Source of the DNA: Eledone cirrhosa
Taxonomy: Eukaryota
Assembly (NCBI GenBank): GCA_964016885.1
Contig: OZ024741.1
Location: 345,836,001-345,900,000 of the forward strand
Direction of reading: 5' to 3'
Length of the DNA stretch: 64,000 nucleotides
A model generated the notes under the pieces. It did not search any database, was not told the origin of the DNA, and worked only from the letters and a program-made list of their open reading frames with translations. Positions 1-12,615 of this stretch are shown here, one piece after another. The translations under genes were made by a program, and so were the position numbers. The number at the start of each line of letters is the position of its first letter. Position 1 is the stretch's first letter.

Positions 1-19
1 ATTTAGTCTCTCTCTCTCT

Positions 20-54
<35 letters not shown>

Positions 55-58
<4 letters not shown>

Positions 59-248
59 AACGAGTAGGACCCCGACGGCTGAGATCAAGCCGTTTCGACG
101 GCTAATTGTGGACTCCAGAATTAGCCGTCGAAAAGGCTTGAGCTCAGCCGTCGGGGTCCTACTCGTTCCTATTACCCACTATACTACCCTAAGTATTGAG
201 TACTTTGGTGCGTTATGGTCCATCTGGTTCCTTACCACATTTCCTTCG

Positions 249-250
<2 letters not shown>
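55..250 (+). mobile_element. Mini foldback PLE 3'-end remnant (family S) in (TA)n
   Basis: Inverted arms 55-112 and 114-171 (GGAACGAGTAGGACCCCGACGGC...GCCGTCGGGGTCCTACTCGTTCC) plus an ~80-nt tail. Same sequence family at 30744, 36313, 38038, 52408 and 53840. TA tracts on both sides. Confidence 0.8.
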
Positions 251-279
<29 letters not shown>

Positions 280-280
<1 letters not shown>

Positions 281-1166
281 GAGGTGTGTCAGAAAAGTTC
301 CAGGACTGATGTCACAAAAGATTTATTTCAAACCCAAACTTCACACTAAGACTTTTCTCCTTCAAAGTAATCCCCCTGGAGTCTAATGCACTTTTCCATC
401 CTTTTCTGCCACGCTTGCATGCACTCCTGGAAGGATTCTTCCGGGATCCTCCAGAGTTCCGTCGTGACGGCCTTTTTGATGTCCACGTATTCAAAACGGG
501 TTCCCTCCGGGTCGTACTAGAAGATTCATGACTCATCACCGGTGATGACTGTCCCTAGTAAGTCTGGTTCAATTTCAAGACGCTCGAGGATGTCCTGGCA
601 GACTTGTATGCGTCGACCCTTCTGGTCATCGTTCAGCAGTTTTGGGACCATCTTTGCGCAGACTTTCCGCATGTCCAAATGTTCAGTGACGCTGTCCCGA
701 TTCATGCCCAGCTCATTTGCCATCAGTCGAACAGTCAGCCGACGATCGCTACGCACCATCTGCCTGATACGCTCAACGTTGACCTCATTCCTGGTTGTTG
801 AGTGTTTTCCGCTCCTGGGGTCATCTTCCACGTCCTCGCGCTCTTCTTTAAACCTCTTGTACCATTCAAAACCACATGAGCGTGACATCGTCTCATCTCC
901 ATACACTTGCTGCAGCAATCCCAGTGCTTCTGACGGAGTTTTCCCCAACCGTACCAGAAACTTCAAGTTTGTTCGTTGCTCTGTGCTCATTGCTTGACGT
1001 CCTGAAAAAGAGGAGATTTATATAAAATTATTAAGAAAAAAGTTTGATCGCTACAGAGAGCTACGATTAAAGTTACAAACTCCAGGGGGATTACTTTGAA
1101 GGAGAAAACGCCTAGTGTGAAGTTTGGGATTGAAATAAATCTTTTGTGACATCGTCCTGGAACTTT
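280..1166 (-). mobile_element. Mariner DNA transposon, internally deleted
   Basis: Starts TA|CGAGGTGTGTCAGAAAAGTTCC. Transposase remnant on the minus strand. 295-382 is repeated inverted at 1079-1166. Confidence 0.9.
346..990 (-). pseudogene. Mariner transposase pseudogene
   Basis: N-terminal HTH (EQRTNLKF...EDDPRSG), MVPKLL (WVPxxL motif), ITGDES*IF*YDPE joined directly to GTRFE...CIRLQGDYFEGEKS*. The second and third catalytic Asp region is deleted and there are in-frame stops. Confidence 0.92.
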
Positions 1167-1200
1167 ATGTATATATATGTATATATATATATATATATGA

Positions 1201-1285
<85 letters not shown>

Positions 1286-1290
<5 letters not shown>

Positions 1291-2110
1291 ATATTAAATA
1301 AATGGAAACTATATTTATAAAACCATATTTATTCTATTATATATATTTCAAGGGTACCAAAATCTTTGGTACGCTTTCATCAGATACAATACAAAGAGTG
1401 CTTTATAAATTTTGACATAGCAAAGGAAACCATACATTATCAGTTGAATTTTCCTTGGGTAGTGAGATTAAAGAACGGATTTTTCAAGCTTATGGATGAA
1501 TATGCAATGAATATGTAAATATGGTTGAGTTATATGATTGAAAAACCGTTATTTTAAACGCTATGGAAAGTTTAGATATATAATAAGAGAGAAAGAAAGG
1601 AAAAAGAAGAAGAAGAAGGAAAAGGAAAACAGGAAAAAGAAGACCACTTATATACGTTAATTTTTTTTTTTTGGGGGGGGGGGAATAAATTCGAATATTT
1701 ACCTATATTATGTATATATTTATATGGAGAATTATGTTTGTAAGTATTTATCTTATAATATTATAGTGGGTTAAATATATAAATATTTATATATATTTTA
1801 ATAATAGCATATGTATTTTTATTAGAAAGATAATTTGCAATTATTAGTTGTTTATAATATGAGTTACGAGCGATGTTGATTTTGTGTTTTATGTAGATAA
1901 ATGAATAAATAGGTAGTTCAAGTTTTAGGTGGTTGTTCTTAATATGAGTTACGATGGAGTTTATTTTGTACTTTGTATTTTATGTAAATAAATAGGTAGT
2001 TAAAATTATGAATTTATATATTTGGATAACTTGTTTCGCATTGAGAATGTTTTAAATTAACGGAGTTAGGTATAATAAGTTTATATGATTGAGAAAGGAA
2101 AGATAACTAC
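1286..2110 (-). mobile_element. PLE 3' UTR/pLTR fragment (family of the 33.4-36.3 kb element), hammerhead at 1330-1391 (-)
   Basis: 1286-1420 matches 33443-33580 and 45311-45430. Minus strand reads CTGATGA-AAGCGTACCAAAGATTTTGGTACCCTT-GAAA-TATATATA. Inner boundary uncertain. Confidence 0.65.
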
Positions 2111-2115
2111 AATTT

Positions 2116-2145
<30 letters not shown>

Positions 2146-2147
<2 letters not shown>

Positions 2148-2740
2148 TCGTTTCTGAATTTGTTTAGCAAGATTCTTTATCTGAAAACGTGTGTTGAAAC
2201 CGACATTGTTATACTTTGGGAGGGTCATGTTGCCAATAAGAAACACACGCACCAGTTGCTTTCACTCCAATTTATTATAAATTAAATTTATAAATTTATA
2301 AATTTCCGGTTGGTTGGTTGGTTCCACAACCGGGCGGTTGTTCATATATTATAAAAGTTCTTTCGTCACACATTTGTGACCTTTTCAGTGACTGGGGATT
2401 CTTCTCTTTGTTTTGTGCCTCTCCTTTGTTCTGTCCTACGCCATCTTGTTTGTATTTAACCCACTACAATATTATAATAAAAATTAAGACTTACAAGATG
2501 GCGTAGGAAAGAACAAAGGAGGGGCACAAAACAAAAAGAAGAATCCCCAGTCACTGAAGAGGTCACAGAATGTGTGACGAAAGAACTTTGACAACATATG
2601 AACAACCGTCCGGTTGTGGAACCAACCAACCAACCGGAAATTCATAAATTTATAAATTAAATTTATAATAAATTAGGGAGAAAGCATCTGGTGCGTGTGT
2701 TTCTTATTGGCAACATGACCCTCCCAAAGTATAACAATAT
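2146..2740. mobile_element. PLE family 1, short foldback (pLTR only)
   Basis: Left arm with ~65-nt tail is inverted relative to the right arm ending CCCAAAGTATAACAATAT. Matches the ends of 2835-5810. Hammerhead at 2550-2592 (+). Confidence 0.88.
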
Positions 2741-2743
2741 ATA

Positions 2744-2816
<73 letters not shown>

Positions 2817-3727
2817 ATATATATATATATATGTATTTCGTTTCTGAATTTGTTTAGCAAGATTCTTTATCTGAAATCGTGTGTTGAAACCGATATTGTT
2901 ATACTTTGGGAGGGTCATCTTGCCAATAAGAAACACACACACCAGTTGCTTTCACTTCAATTTATTATTATAATAAATTTATAATAAATTTATAAATTTA
3001 TAAATTTATGGTTGGTTGGTTGGTTCCACAACCAGATATTTGTTTATATATTGTCATAGTTCTTTCGTCACACACTCTGTGACCTCTTCAGTGACTGGGG
3101 ATTCCTTTCTTTGTTTCTGTGCCTCTCCTTTGTTCTGTACTACGCCATTTTGTTTCTGTGTGTGTGTTGTGTGCTCAGTCTGCGCATGCGCCACATCCGG
3201 GTGTCTGTGTGTGTTTATGTTCATTTATTTATTTGTTTATTTACATGCTACTGGTTGGTTGTTTGTTCTATGTGTGTGTGTGTTTTCATTTTGTCCTTAA
3301 TTGTAACTTGTGATGTTGCTGTTCCACTCATATTTTCTATTTAATTTTGGTTGTAATTCTTTTATGTTTATTGCCTCTGTAATTTGTTAAACATTGCGTC
3401 TTTTCTGTGTGTAGATTCTATTTTTATTTCTATGTTCTCTAATTTACTCTTGTGTTCTATTTTAGCATGTTGGTTGAGTACAGATGATTCTTTACTATCT
3501 TGAAGGTCTCGCCAGTGTTCATTTATCCGTTCCCCTACACTACGAGCTGTCTCACCTATGTACACTATATTTTTGTCTCTACATTGTTCTTCAGTACATC
3601 TTATGCTATACACTACATTTCTAGTTTTACAGTTAATATGGGGGCTTATTTTACAGGTTATACATTTCTTATCTATACATGAGGGTCTTTGAAAAGGGTA
3701 TGTCTTGCTAATAAGTGTTTTTACGGA

Positions 3728-5407
3728 CCTAACAAACTGCATAATAGGTAGTATGGATGTTGTGTCCCTGTACCCATCTATTGACGTGGATTTTGCTGTG
3801 GAGAAATGCGTAGAAATGATCAGTGAGAGCAATGTTGAGTTCCGTGGGATTGATACAAGTGAGCTGGGACTCCTACTTAAACTTACCTATAGTAATAATT
3901 ACCTAGACACATATGACCTTAGCAACCTGTGCCCTACAAGACCAGCAAGAGGCAGACCACCTACCATTACCTCAATGACCAAGAAAACCCACACAGATAG
4001 ATGGAACGGGTGGACCAGAGCCATACGGACACCCGAAAACCACGATGAACTGAAGAAAATGATTGCACATGCGGTAGGGGCCAGCATAAAACTAACCCTT
4101 AAGTAACATATGTTCAAATTTAATGGAAAAACATATGCCCAAGAGGAAGGAGCAGCCATTGGTGTTAGCATTGCAGGCGACATAGCTAACTTATTCATGG
4201 TATGGTGGGACAGTAGACTTAAACTTAAGCTTAAAGAACAATTAGAAGACCCCTTAACCCTGATAATGTACTCCCGCTACGTTGATGATATAAACATCGT
4301 AGTTAAGACACCCCCACTAGAGAACAGTCAGGAACTAGAGAAAAACACAATGGAAAGCATCCAGCAAATAGCTAACTCCATCCACCAGAGCATTAGAGTT
4401 ACTATAGACTACCCAAGTAAACACCCCAACCATCGATTACCTGTACTAGACACTGAGCTCTGGTTAGATACCATTAATAACAAAAAACAAATCCTCGATT
4501 CCGATTATTCCAAACCCATGACTTCCAAACATCTGATCCACCGAATCTCGGCCGTTTCGGACCATACCAAAATCAACATACTGATTGCGGATTTGGTACG
4601 GGTGATGAGAAACGTGTCCCGCATGTGCAACCCCGAAGAACTAGAGAGACACATACAACACTTCATCCACCGTATGCAGTTCTCTGGCTACAATCAGAGA
4701 GATAAAATCAGAGTGTATAGAGGAGCCAGAACCAAATGGGAAAAAATGGTAAATAATGACATAAATGGGACCTGCCCCTTATATAGGAGCAAATTTTGGA
4801 ATAGAATAGAAAGAACTAGGAACAAGGCTAATAGAATAAACTCATGGTATGATAGCAATAAATACCAGAGTGTAATGTTCATCGATACAACCCCTAGAGG
4901 TGAATTAGCTTACAAATTTAGAAGGGCCCTAAATAAACATAAACTCAATATTAAGATAGTAGAAAGACCAGGTACCTCCGTAAAAACACTTATTAGCAAG
5001 ACATACCCTTTTCAAAGACCCTCATGTATAGATAAGAAATGTATAACCTGTAAAATAAGCCCCCATATTAACTGTAAAACTAGAAATGTAGTGTATAGCA
5101 TAAGATGTACTGAAGAACAATGTAGAGACAAAAATATAGTGTACATAGGTGAGACAGCTCGTAGTGTAGGGGAACGGATAAATGAACACTGACGAGACCT
5201 TCAAGATAGTAAAGAATCATCTGTACTCTACCAACATGCTAAAATAGAACACAAGGGTAAATTAGAGAACATAGAAATAAAAATAGAATCTACACAGAGA
5301 AAAGACGCAATGTTTAACAAATTACAGAGGCAATAAACATAAAAGAATTACAACCAAAATTAAATAGAAAATATGAGTGGAACAGCAACATCACAACTTA
5401 CAATTAA
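3728..5407 (+). pseudogene. PLE reverse transcriptase-GIY-YIG endonuclease (disrupted)
   Basis: SMDVVSLYPSI, QEEGAAIG, YSRYVDD, LPVLD, then CKTRNVVYSIRC...YIGETARSVGERINEH. Stops at 4104-4106 and 5190-5192, frameshift near 5316. Confidence 0.93.
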
Positions 5408-5503
5408 GGACAAAATGAAAACACACACACACATAGAACAAACAACCAACCAGTAACATGTAAATAAACAAATAAATAAATGAACATAAACACACACAGA
5501 CAC

Positions 5504-5561
5504 CCGGATGTGGCGCATGCGCAGACTGAGCACACAACAGACACACAGAAACAAAATGGCG
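5504..5561 (+). promoter_or_regulatory. Putative pLTR promoter motifs (ETS-like, NRF1-like, YY1-like)
   Basis: CCGGATGT 5504-5511, GCGCATGCGC 5513-5522, AAAATGGCG 5553-5561. The NRF1- and YY1-like words persist in the diverged copy at 20170-20227. Confidence 0.4.
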
Positions 5562-5608
5562 TAGGACAGAACAAAGGAGAGGCACAGAAACAAAGAAAGG
5601 AATCCCCA

Positions 5609-5651
5609 GTCACTGAAGAGGTCACAGAGTGTGTGACGAAAGAACTATGAC
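5609..5651 (+). ncRNA. Minimal type I hammerhead ribozyme (PLE family 1)
   Basis: GTCA-CTGAAGA-G-GTCACA(gagtg)TGTGAC-GAAA-GAAC-TA-TGAC: stem I GTCA/TGAC, 6-bp stem II, minimal stem III. Copies at 2550 (+), ~3055-3095 (-), ~12770-12815 (-) and ~20270 (+). Confidence 0.75.
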
Positions 5652-5803
5652 AATATATAAGCAACTATCTGGTTGTGGAACCAACCAACCAACCATAAAT
5701 TTATAAATTTATAAATTTATTATAAATTTATTATAATAATAAATTGAAGTGAAAGCAACTGGTGCGTGTGTTTCTTATTGGCAAGATGACCCTCCCAAAG
5801 TAT

Positions 5804-5853
<50 letters not shown>

Positions 5854-5858
5854 TTATA

Positions 5859-8022
5859 AGTCGTTTGGAAGCCTCGACAATGCAAATGGATAAATCTCCG
5901 GGTAACAGGGTCCGGTGTAGGAGAGAGAGAGATATGTAAGTGGGTGTACGTTGAGATGCGTGGTGTGTATAAGATGTGTGAGATGTGTAGAATGAAGGGA
6001 AGAGTGAAAGGGTAAAAATAATAATAACAACACAAGAGAGAGAGAGTTACCTTGGGAGAGATTTAATAGTCCCTATATATTTCGGATTCACATCCATCAA
6101 CCGGGGTTTTTTTTCCGGGGTGGGGGAAAAGGTTGTCTGCCGGACAATTCGGAACGCGTCTTTCGCTGTTTGTGATTTGAATATCTGAGGTATTCGGTCG
6201 GGCACGCGTGCGCGTGAAATGGGGTCGGTCTTACAGAAGTCAACGGCCGAATGAGGGAGTGGGATGGCGCTAGCTGTCAGTCCATTCTCTGCCTACTTGT
6301 TAAATGTTACTGTGTGTGTGTGTGCGTGTGTTGTTGTCTCGCTTGAGTGTGTGTGTGTGTGTGTGTGCGTGTGTAGTTGTCTTGTTCATCTGTATTGGCA
6401 AGATACGTGGACGATATCCTCATCCTTACATCTTCCCAAGACACGGCGAACAGAATCTATGAGACGTTCAACAACACGGACGAGAACATTGACTTCAGTG
6501 TTGAACACCCCAACGAAGACGGGTCACTTGCCCTCCTCGACTTCCGAATCAACATCACGGAACACGGAGGGATCCACTGCAACTTCTACAGAAAGGCAGC
6601 CTGCAGGGACCTATTCGTTCACTACAAGTCCGCCCTCCCTAACAGTGCCAAAAGAGGATACATCACGAACGAGATCGCGCGAATCAAAGACAGATGCAGC
6701 GATCCCGCGAGTAGTGTCACTCATACCAAGCGATTCCTCGAGGTGCTGGAGACGAACGGGTACCCTACCTCGATCACAGACAGAATAGGAGACACCAGAC
6801 GCAAGAGACAGAGAAGCACCCAAGGCAAGTGCTTCCTTAAAATACCACACCTGGGCGAGAAAACCACCAACGCTATCCGCAAGGCTATACGGAGGGAGGG
6901 CTTCGACATCCACCTGGCCCACTCGGGCCCCTCCCTGCGAAGATGCTTCTCCAGGAAAACCGAAAAGTATACTGACGCATGCTCCCTCAGAGACTGCCCG
7001 ATACGCCATGCTAACTGTTGCCTACGCACATACGTCGTGTATAAGATAGAATGTGACAGGTGCAACCAATACTACATAGGTAGCACAATTCGACCTTTGC
7101 ACATCAGGATCAAGGAACACATTAAAACCAGGGCCACGTCTTTCCGGAAACACATAGACAAATGTGGAAACAAAGACGGAAGGCCCATTGTCACAATTTT
7201 AGCGACTGAAAGAAACGTCGGCACGTTACGTATTAAGGAAGGGCTTCTTATCAAACGACTACAACCGCAATTAAACAACCGTTTAGAGAGAAGCGAAATG
7301 AAATGGCTGGTTTAAGTTAACAAGCGATGCAACAACACACAACACACGCACACACACACACACGCAAACGAGACAACTACACACACACACGCACACACAC
7401 ACACAATAGCATTCCACCATACGAACATACTACACTGCCAATACAGATGAACAAGACAACTACACACGCACACACACACACAAGCGAGACAACAACACAC
7501 GCACACACACACACACAGTAACATTTAACAAGCAGGCAGACAATGGACTGACAGCTAGCGCCATCCCACTCCCTCATTCGGCCGTTGACTTCTGTAAGAC
7601 CGACCCATTTCACGCGCACGCGCGCCCGACCGAATACCTCAGATATTCAAATCACAAACAGCGAAAGACGCGTTCCGAATTGTCCGACAGACAACCTTTT
7701 CCCCCACCCCGGAAAAAAAACCCCAGTTGATGGATGTGAATCCGAAATATATAGGGACTATTAAATCTCTCCCAAGGTAACTCTCTCTCTCTTGTGTTGT
7801 TATTATTATTTTTACCCTTTCACTCTTCCCTTCATTCTACACATCTCACACATCTTATACACACCACGCATCTCAACGTACACCCACTTACATATCTCTC
7901 TCTCTCCTACACCGGACCCTGTTACCCGGAGATTTACCCATTTGCATTGTCGAGGCTTCCAAACGACTAGAAATATTTACTTATTGTTCCACAATGCTTC
8001 AAGCAAACTTCAATACTCTCTT
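5859..8022 (+). mobile_element. PLE family 2, 5'-truncated, with inverted pLTR
   Basis: 5859-6400 is an inverted copy of 7436-7968, with tail 7969-8022. Degenerate hammerhead at 7721-7756 (GGAT/ATCC stem II, GAAA-TATA-TA-GGG). Confidence 0.93.
6395..7315 (+). pseudogene. PLE RT C-terminus and GIY-YIG endonuclease (open frame, 5'-truncated)
   Basis: ARYVDDIL, FSVE, LALLDF, YRK...HYKSALP, then VVYKIECDRCNQYYIGSTIRPLHIRIKEH...IKEGLLIKRLQPQLN. Confidence 0.92.
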
Positions 8023-8034
8023 ATATATATATAC

Positions 8035-8099
<65 letters not shown>

Positions 8100-8100
8100 T

Positions 8101-8310
8101 GAAGGCGTGTGGCTGAGTGGTTAGAGAATTGTATTCGCAATCGTAAGGTTGTGAGTTCGATTCCTGGACCAGGCGATGCGTTATGTCCTTGAGCAAGACA
8201 TTTTATTTCACGTTGCTCCTTCTACTTGGAGTTGCGACCGATAGATAGTATTAGCAATTGGAAAACCAACGGAAACATTGTTCCCACTGTCCGATTTGAC
8301 GAAAGTCGAT
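8101..8310 (+). mobile_element. tRNA-derived SINE family B (CORE-like)
   Basis: A box TGGCTGAGTGG, B box GTTCGATTCC, then TGTCCTTGAGCAAGACA. Copies at 36697-36875 (+), 37425-37632 (-), 38190-38485 (-), 39195-39410 (-) and 40530-40815 (-). Confidence 0.85.
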
Positions 8311-8419
8311 CGTTCTTTTCTTTTCTATATATATATTCTGTAAGCTGTTAGGCTTATACATATCTACACATGAGTGTGTCTGCATGTGAACGTGTGCGTT
8401 TGTGTAATATCTGCGTTAT

Positions 8420-8600
8420 TGAATGGCAGTATCAGTAGAGGGTCGGACGCCTTGTTTTTCAGCATAGTTACGTCCCTTTACGATCTGAGTTCAAATCCCG
8501 CCGAGGTTGACTTTGCCTTTCATCCTTACGGGGTCGATAAAATAAAGTACCAGTAATGCACTGGGTAATTGCTGGCCTTGTGCCTAAAGTAGAAACAGTT
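8420..8600 (+). mobile_element. tRNA-derived SINE family A
   Basis: B box GAGTTCAAATCC plus conserved CTTTGCCTTTCATCCTTACGGGGTCGATAAAATAAAGTACCAG. About 12 copies in the window. Confidence 0.85.
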
Positions 8601-9102
8601 ATTATACAAGTTCGTATGAATTCATCATGTTCATCGAAATAGTACAATAAATCTGACGAAGTGTGGAACAGTAACTATTCCAGTGGAAAATGGCTGCGTT
8701 TTGGAATAACAACTGCCGATATTTCATCAGAAAGAAACAAAGGCGAGATAGGTAAAAAAAAAAAACCAATACAATATACTGACACTACTAAAATAACGTA
8801 ATTCAACCGTGTGTAAACATCATGCATGATTTTTCTTTTTGCACTTAGCTTTCAGTCGATTACTGTTCTTACATTTGTAGACCACACATCCACTCATACC
8901 CACGCATATATATATAACATTTTATTCATATATGTATATATATATATATACAGATACATATATACATATATAAATACACACACACACACACACATATATA
9001 TATATGTGTATATATATACATGTATGCATGTAAATACAAGCAAAGAATATTTTATTATATATATATATATGTATATATATATACATATACATTTATACAT
9101 GT

Positions 9103-9148
<46 letters not shown>

Positions 9149-9168
9149 ACATATAGATGTATACATGT

Positions 9169-9220
<52 letters not shown>

Positions 9221-9261
9221 ACATATACATGTATACATGCATACATACATAAATATAATGT

Positions 9262-9321
<60 letters not shown>

Positions 9322-9397
9322 TATAACGTTGAAAGCAAACTACAATATTTTATTATACACATATATATATATATACATATACATACATACATATATG

Positions 9398-9556
<159 letters not shown>

Positions 9557-9586
9557 GTATATATACATATATATATACGTATGTAT

Positions 9587-10561
9587 CGATTTCGTTCAAA
9601 TTTTAAAGTAAAATAGAATTTATCATTCCACATCCTGTTATTGCTTTATATTTTGCATTTGTTGTTCAGGGACGGCGTGGCAGCCGCTTAAATATTCAAA
9701 AATACCACTTTTAGACTCAAATTTCCACTTTTTCGGCTCTAGCTCCCACATTAATCAACCTACTTTTTTCAAATTTACACTACGCTAGATCTGATTAGTT
9801 CACCTCTTAAAGTGGCTTTACATTTTGGATTTTTCGTTCAGGAACGGCGTAGCAGCCGCTTAAATATTCGAAAATACCACCTTTTCGCTCAAATTTCCGT
9901 CTTTTCGGCTCTATCCCCCACATTTTTCAACCGATTTCGTTCAAATTCGAAACTTGAAGCGCTTAATAATACACTGATGGACCTCAGAGACTCTCAGTCT
10001 ATAATGGGCGGTGTTACACTTCTCCTGTCGGGGGATTTCAGGCAGACACTTCCCGTTATTCCTAAAGGAACTGAAGCCACCATCATTGCGGGATGCGACA
10101 AACGCGAGGGTGTATTCATCCCTATAATTCCATTCATGCCATCAGGAGGTGACATTCCATTCTCTTTCAAATGGTTGCAATTCCCAATTCGTGTCAGCTT
10201 CGCCCTATCAATTAACAAAACTCAAGGCCAGACCCTTTCTGTCGCAGGGCTTCACTTGAAAGAGCCATGCTTTACATATGGTCAACTCTACGTCGGCTGC
10301 TCCAGATTAGGAGGCAAAAACTGCCTTTTTGCTCTGACTCAACATAGAAAAACCAAGATTAGAGGTCATTACCTCGCTCCTGCAGCATGCCCCTTCGTCA
10401 GTCACCCGCGTTTCTCAGTGATAGAGGTCATCACCACCCTCCCCCGCATGGCTTGTGTGTGGCCATAGATGAGTAATCGAGAAATAGTCGCTAAGATCAA
10501 CACCTTTTCATCAAAGCAGATATTATTTTACCTACCCAGGCAACGCTGGGTACTGCTGCTA

Positions 10562-10562
<1 letters not shown>
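9587..10562 (+). mobile_element. Helitron derivative with PIF1-type helicase remnant
   Basis: LLSGDFRQTLPVI, QFPIRVSFALSINKTQGQTL and GQLYVGCSR, internally deleted. 3' hairpin TACCCAG-gcaacg-CTGGGTA (10533-10552) then CTAG|T at 10559-10562. 5' limit uncertain. Confidence 0.9.
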
Positions 10563-10632
<70 letters not shown>

Positions 10633-10640
10633 TAACAGAT

Positions 10641-12450
10641 ATATTTATATTCCTCTAAATAGGATGTGTGTGTGCTCATGTGCTCAATCTTAACGAACAC
10701 ACAGACACAGAAAACAAGTAATGACAGTAGCACAGAAATCACAGAAATAAGGGAAAGTAATGGGATTTAAAGGAGAAGGGAGACTATGGACAAAGAAAAT
10801 AACCAAGACGAACACACAGACACACAAAATAGAGTAGATAATAACAATGAGCTAGTGGAAAGAGACAGGAGTAATTATGAGAGACATAGAAACAACCATG
10901 AGGCTGTTGGTGGAAATAGAAATAGAAACAACACAACTAACAATAACAATAGCACTAGTACACATAAAGCAGCAGCCTGGAACTCTACTTTTTATAATCC
11001 CTCCGATAAGTCGTTCGACCTGCGACGATTCCACGCCACGACTTTACCATTTAACAAACGCACGCAATTGCCGTCGCAGGTCGATGAACAAACAGAAGCA
11101 CAATTTAGTATAGCTAGATCCGAACTTAGAAATATTATAGAACAGTATAGCAAGAAGTATAATAGAATGGAGGCCCAGCAACTGGGAGAAAAATCTGCAA
11201 ATGGCTTGCGTAAGCTCATACAGCGCTCGCGTAATGGAGAGATAGCATGCTTTCCAACAGACAAGTCTGGCAGAATGTCGGTTGACAGCCTGCCAAACTA
11301 CATCCAGGCAATGCAACCCCACATCACTAACACAAGAGAGGTAACACCACAGGAGCATGAGGATAGAGAAAAAGCCCTCAATGCCCATATGGTGAAGTGG
11401 ACGAATATAATGCAGCCCAACAATGACGTGCCGGCGTTGTATGGGCTCCGAAAATACCATAAAACGGGCAGTGACCCTGTCACGGGACCACCAACACGGC
11501 CAGTCTGTGGAGCTAACATTGCTAGTAACTACAGACTGTCCTATTTCCTCTCCCTGATCATACGCCCCATCATTGAAATGTCGCCAGATGTATGTGACAG
11601 CACGGTGGACCTCCTCAGCAGAATCGGCGAGAGTAAGCGATCTAGGGACCTAACAAACTGCATAATAGGTAGTATGGATGTTGTGTCCCTGTATCCATCT
11701 ATTGACGTGGATTTTGCTGTGGAGAAATGCGTAGAAATGATCAGTGAGAGCAATGTTGAGTTCCGTGGGATTGATACCAGTGAGCTGGGACTCCTACTTA
11801 AACTTACCTATAGTAATAATTACCTAGACACATATGACCTTAGCAACCTGTGCCCTACAAGACCAGCAAGAGGCAGACCACCTACCATTACCTCAATGGC
11901 CAAGAAAACCCACACAGATAGATGGAACGGGTGGACCAGAGCCATACGGACACCCGAAAACCACGATGAACTGAAGAAAATGAGTGCACATGCGGTAGGG
12001 GCCAGCATAAAACTAACCCTTAAGTAACATATGTTCAAATTTAATGGAAAACATATGCCCAAGAGGAAGGAGCAGCCATTGGTGTTAGCATTGCAGGCGA
12101 CATAGCTAACTTATTCATGGTATGGTGGGACAGTAGACTTAAACAAAAACTTAATGAACAATTAGAAGACAGCTTAACCCTGATAATGTACTCCCGCTAC
12201 GTAGATGATATAAACATCGTAGTTAAGACACCCCCACTAGAGAACAGTCAGGAACTAGAGAAAAACACAATTGAAAGCATCCAGCAAATAGCTAACTCCA
12301 TCCACCAGAGTATTAGAGTTACTATAGACTACCCAAGTAAACACCCCAACCATCGATTACCTGTACTAGACACAGAGCTCTGGTTAGATACCATTAATAA
12401 CAAAAAAAAAATCCTGCATTCCCATTATGCCAAACCCATGACTTCCAAAC
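10641..12450 (+). pseudogene. PLE family 1 N-terminal and RT region fragment
   Basis: PTDKSG, LYGLRKYHK, TRPVCG, SMDVVSLYPSI and YVDD. Near-identical to 3728-4530, including the same TAA stop. Confidence 0.92.
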
Positions 12451-12545
12451 TTTAATAAATATTTGCTCTACGGTTCTTATATATTTGATATATATTTATC
12501 CTTATCGAGCCCTCTTTGAATTTTAGTCTTCAAATTTATTATTAT

Positions 12546-12610
<65 letters not shown>

Positions 12611-12615
<5 letters not shown>

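Larger units (their letters stand above)
2835..5810 (+). mobile_element. PLE family 1, 5'-truncated, with inverted 3' arm
   Basis: 2835-3727 is an inverted copy of 4977-5810 plus tail. RT and GIY-YIG on the + strand. (TA)n on both sides. Confidence 0.95.

Noticed and set aside
55-250. Family S and other foldbacks as MITEs
   Set aside because: Ends are asymmetric (tail on one arm), the apex varies, hammerheads are present, and the design matches the ORF-bearing PLEs.
5190-5192. In-frame TGA as possible recoding
   Set aside because: The other two copies have TGG (Trp), so this is a point mutation.
8101-8175. tRNA gene
   Set aside because: A and B boxes run on into a multi-copy SINE body and there is no intact cloverleaf.
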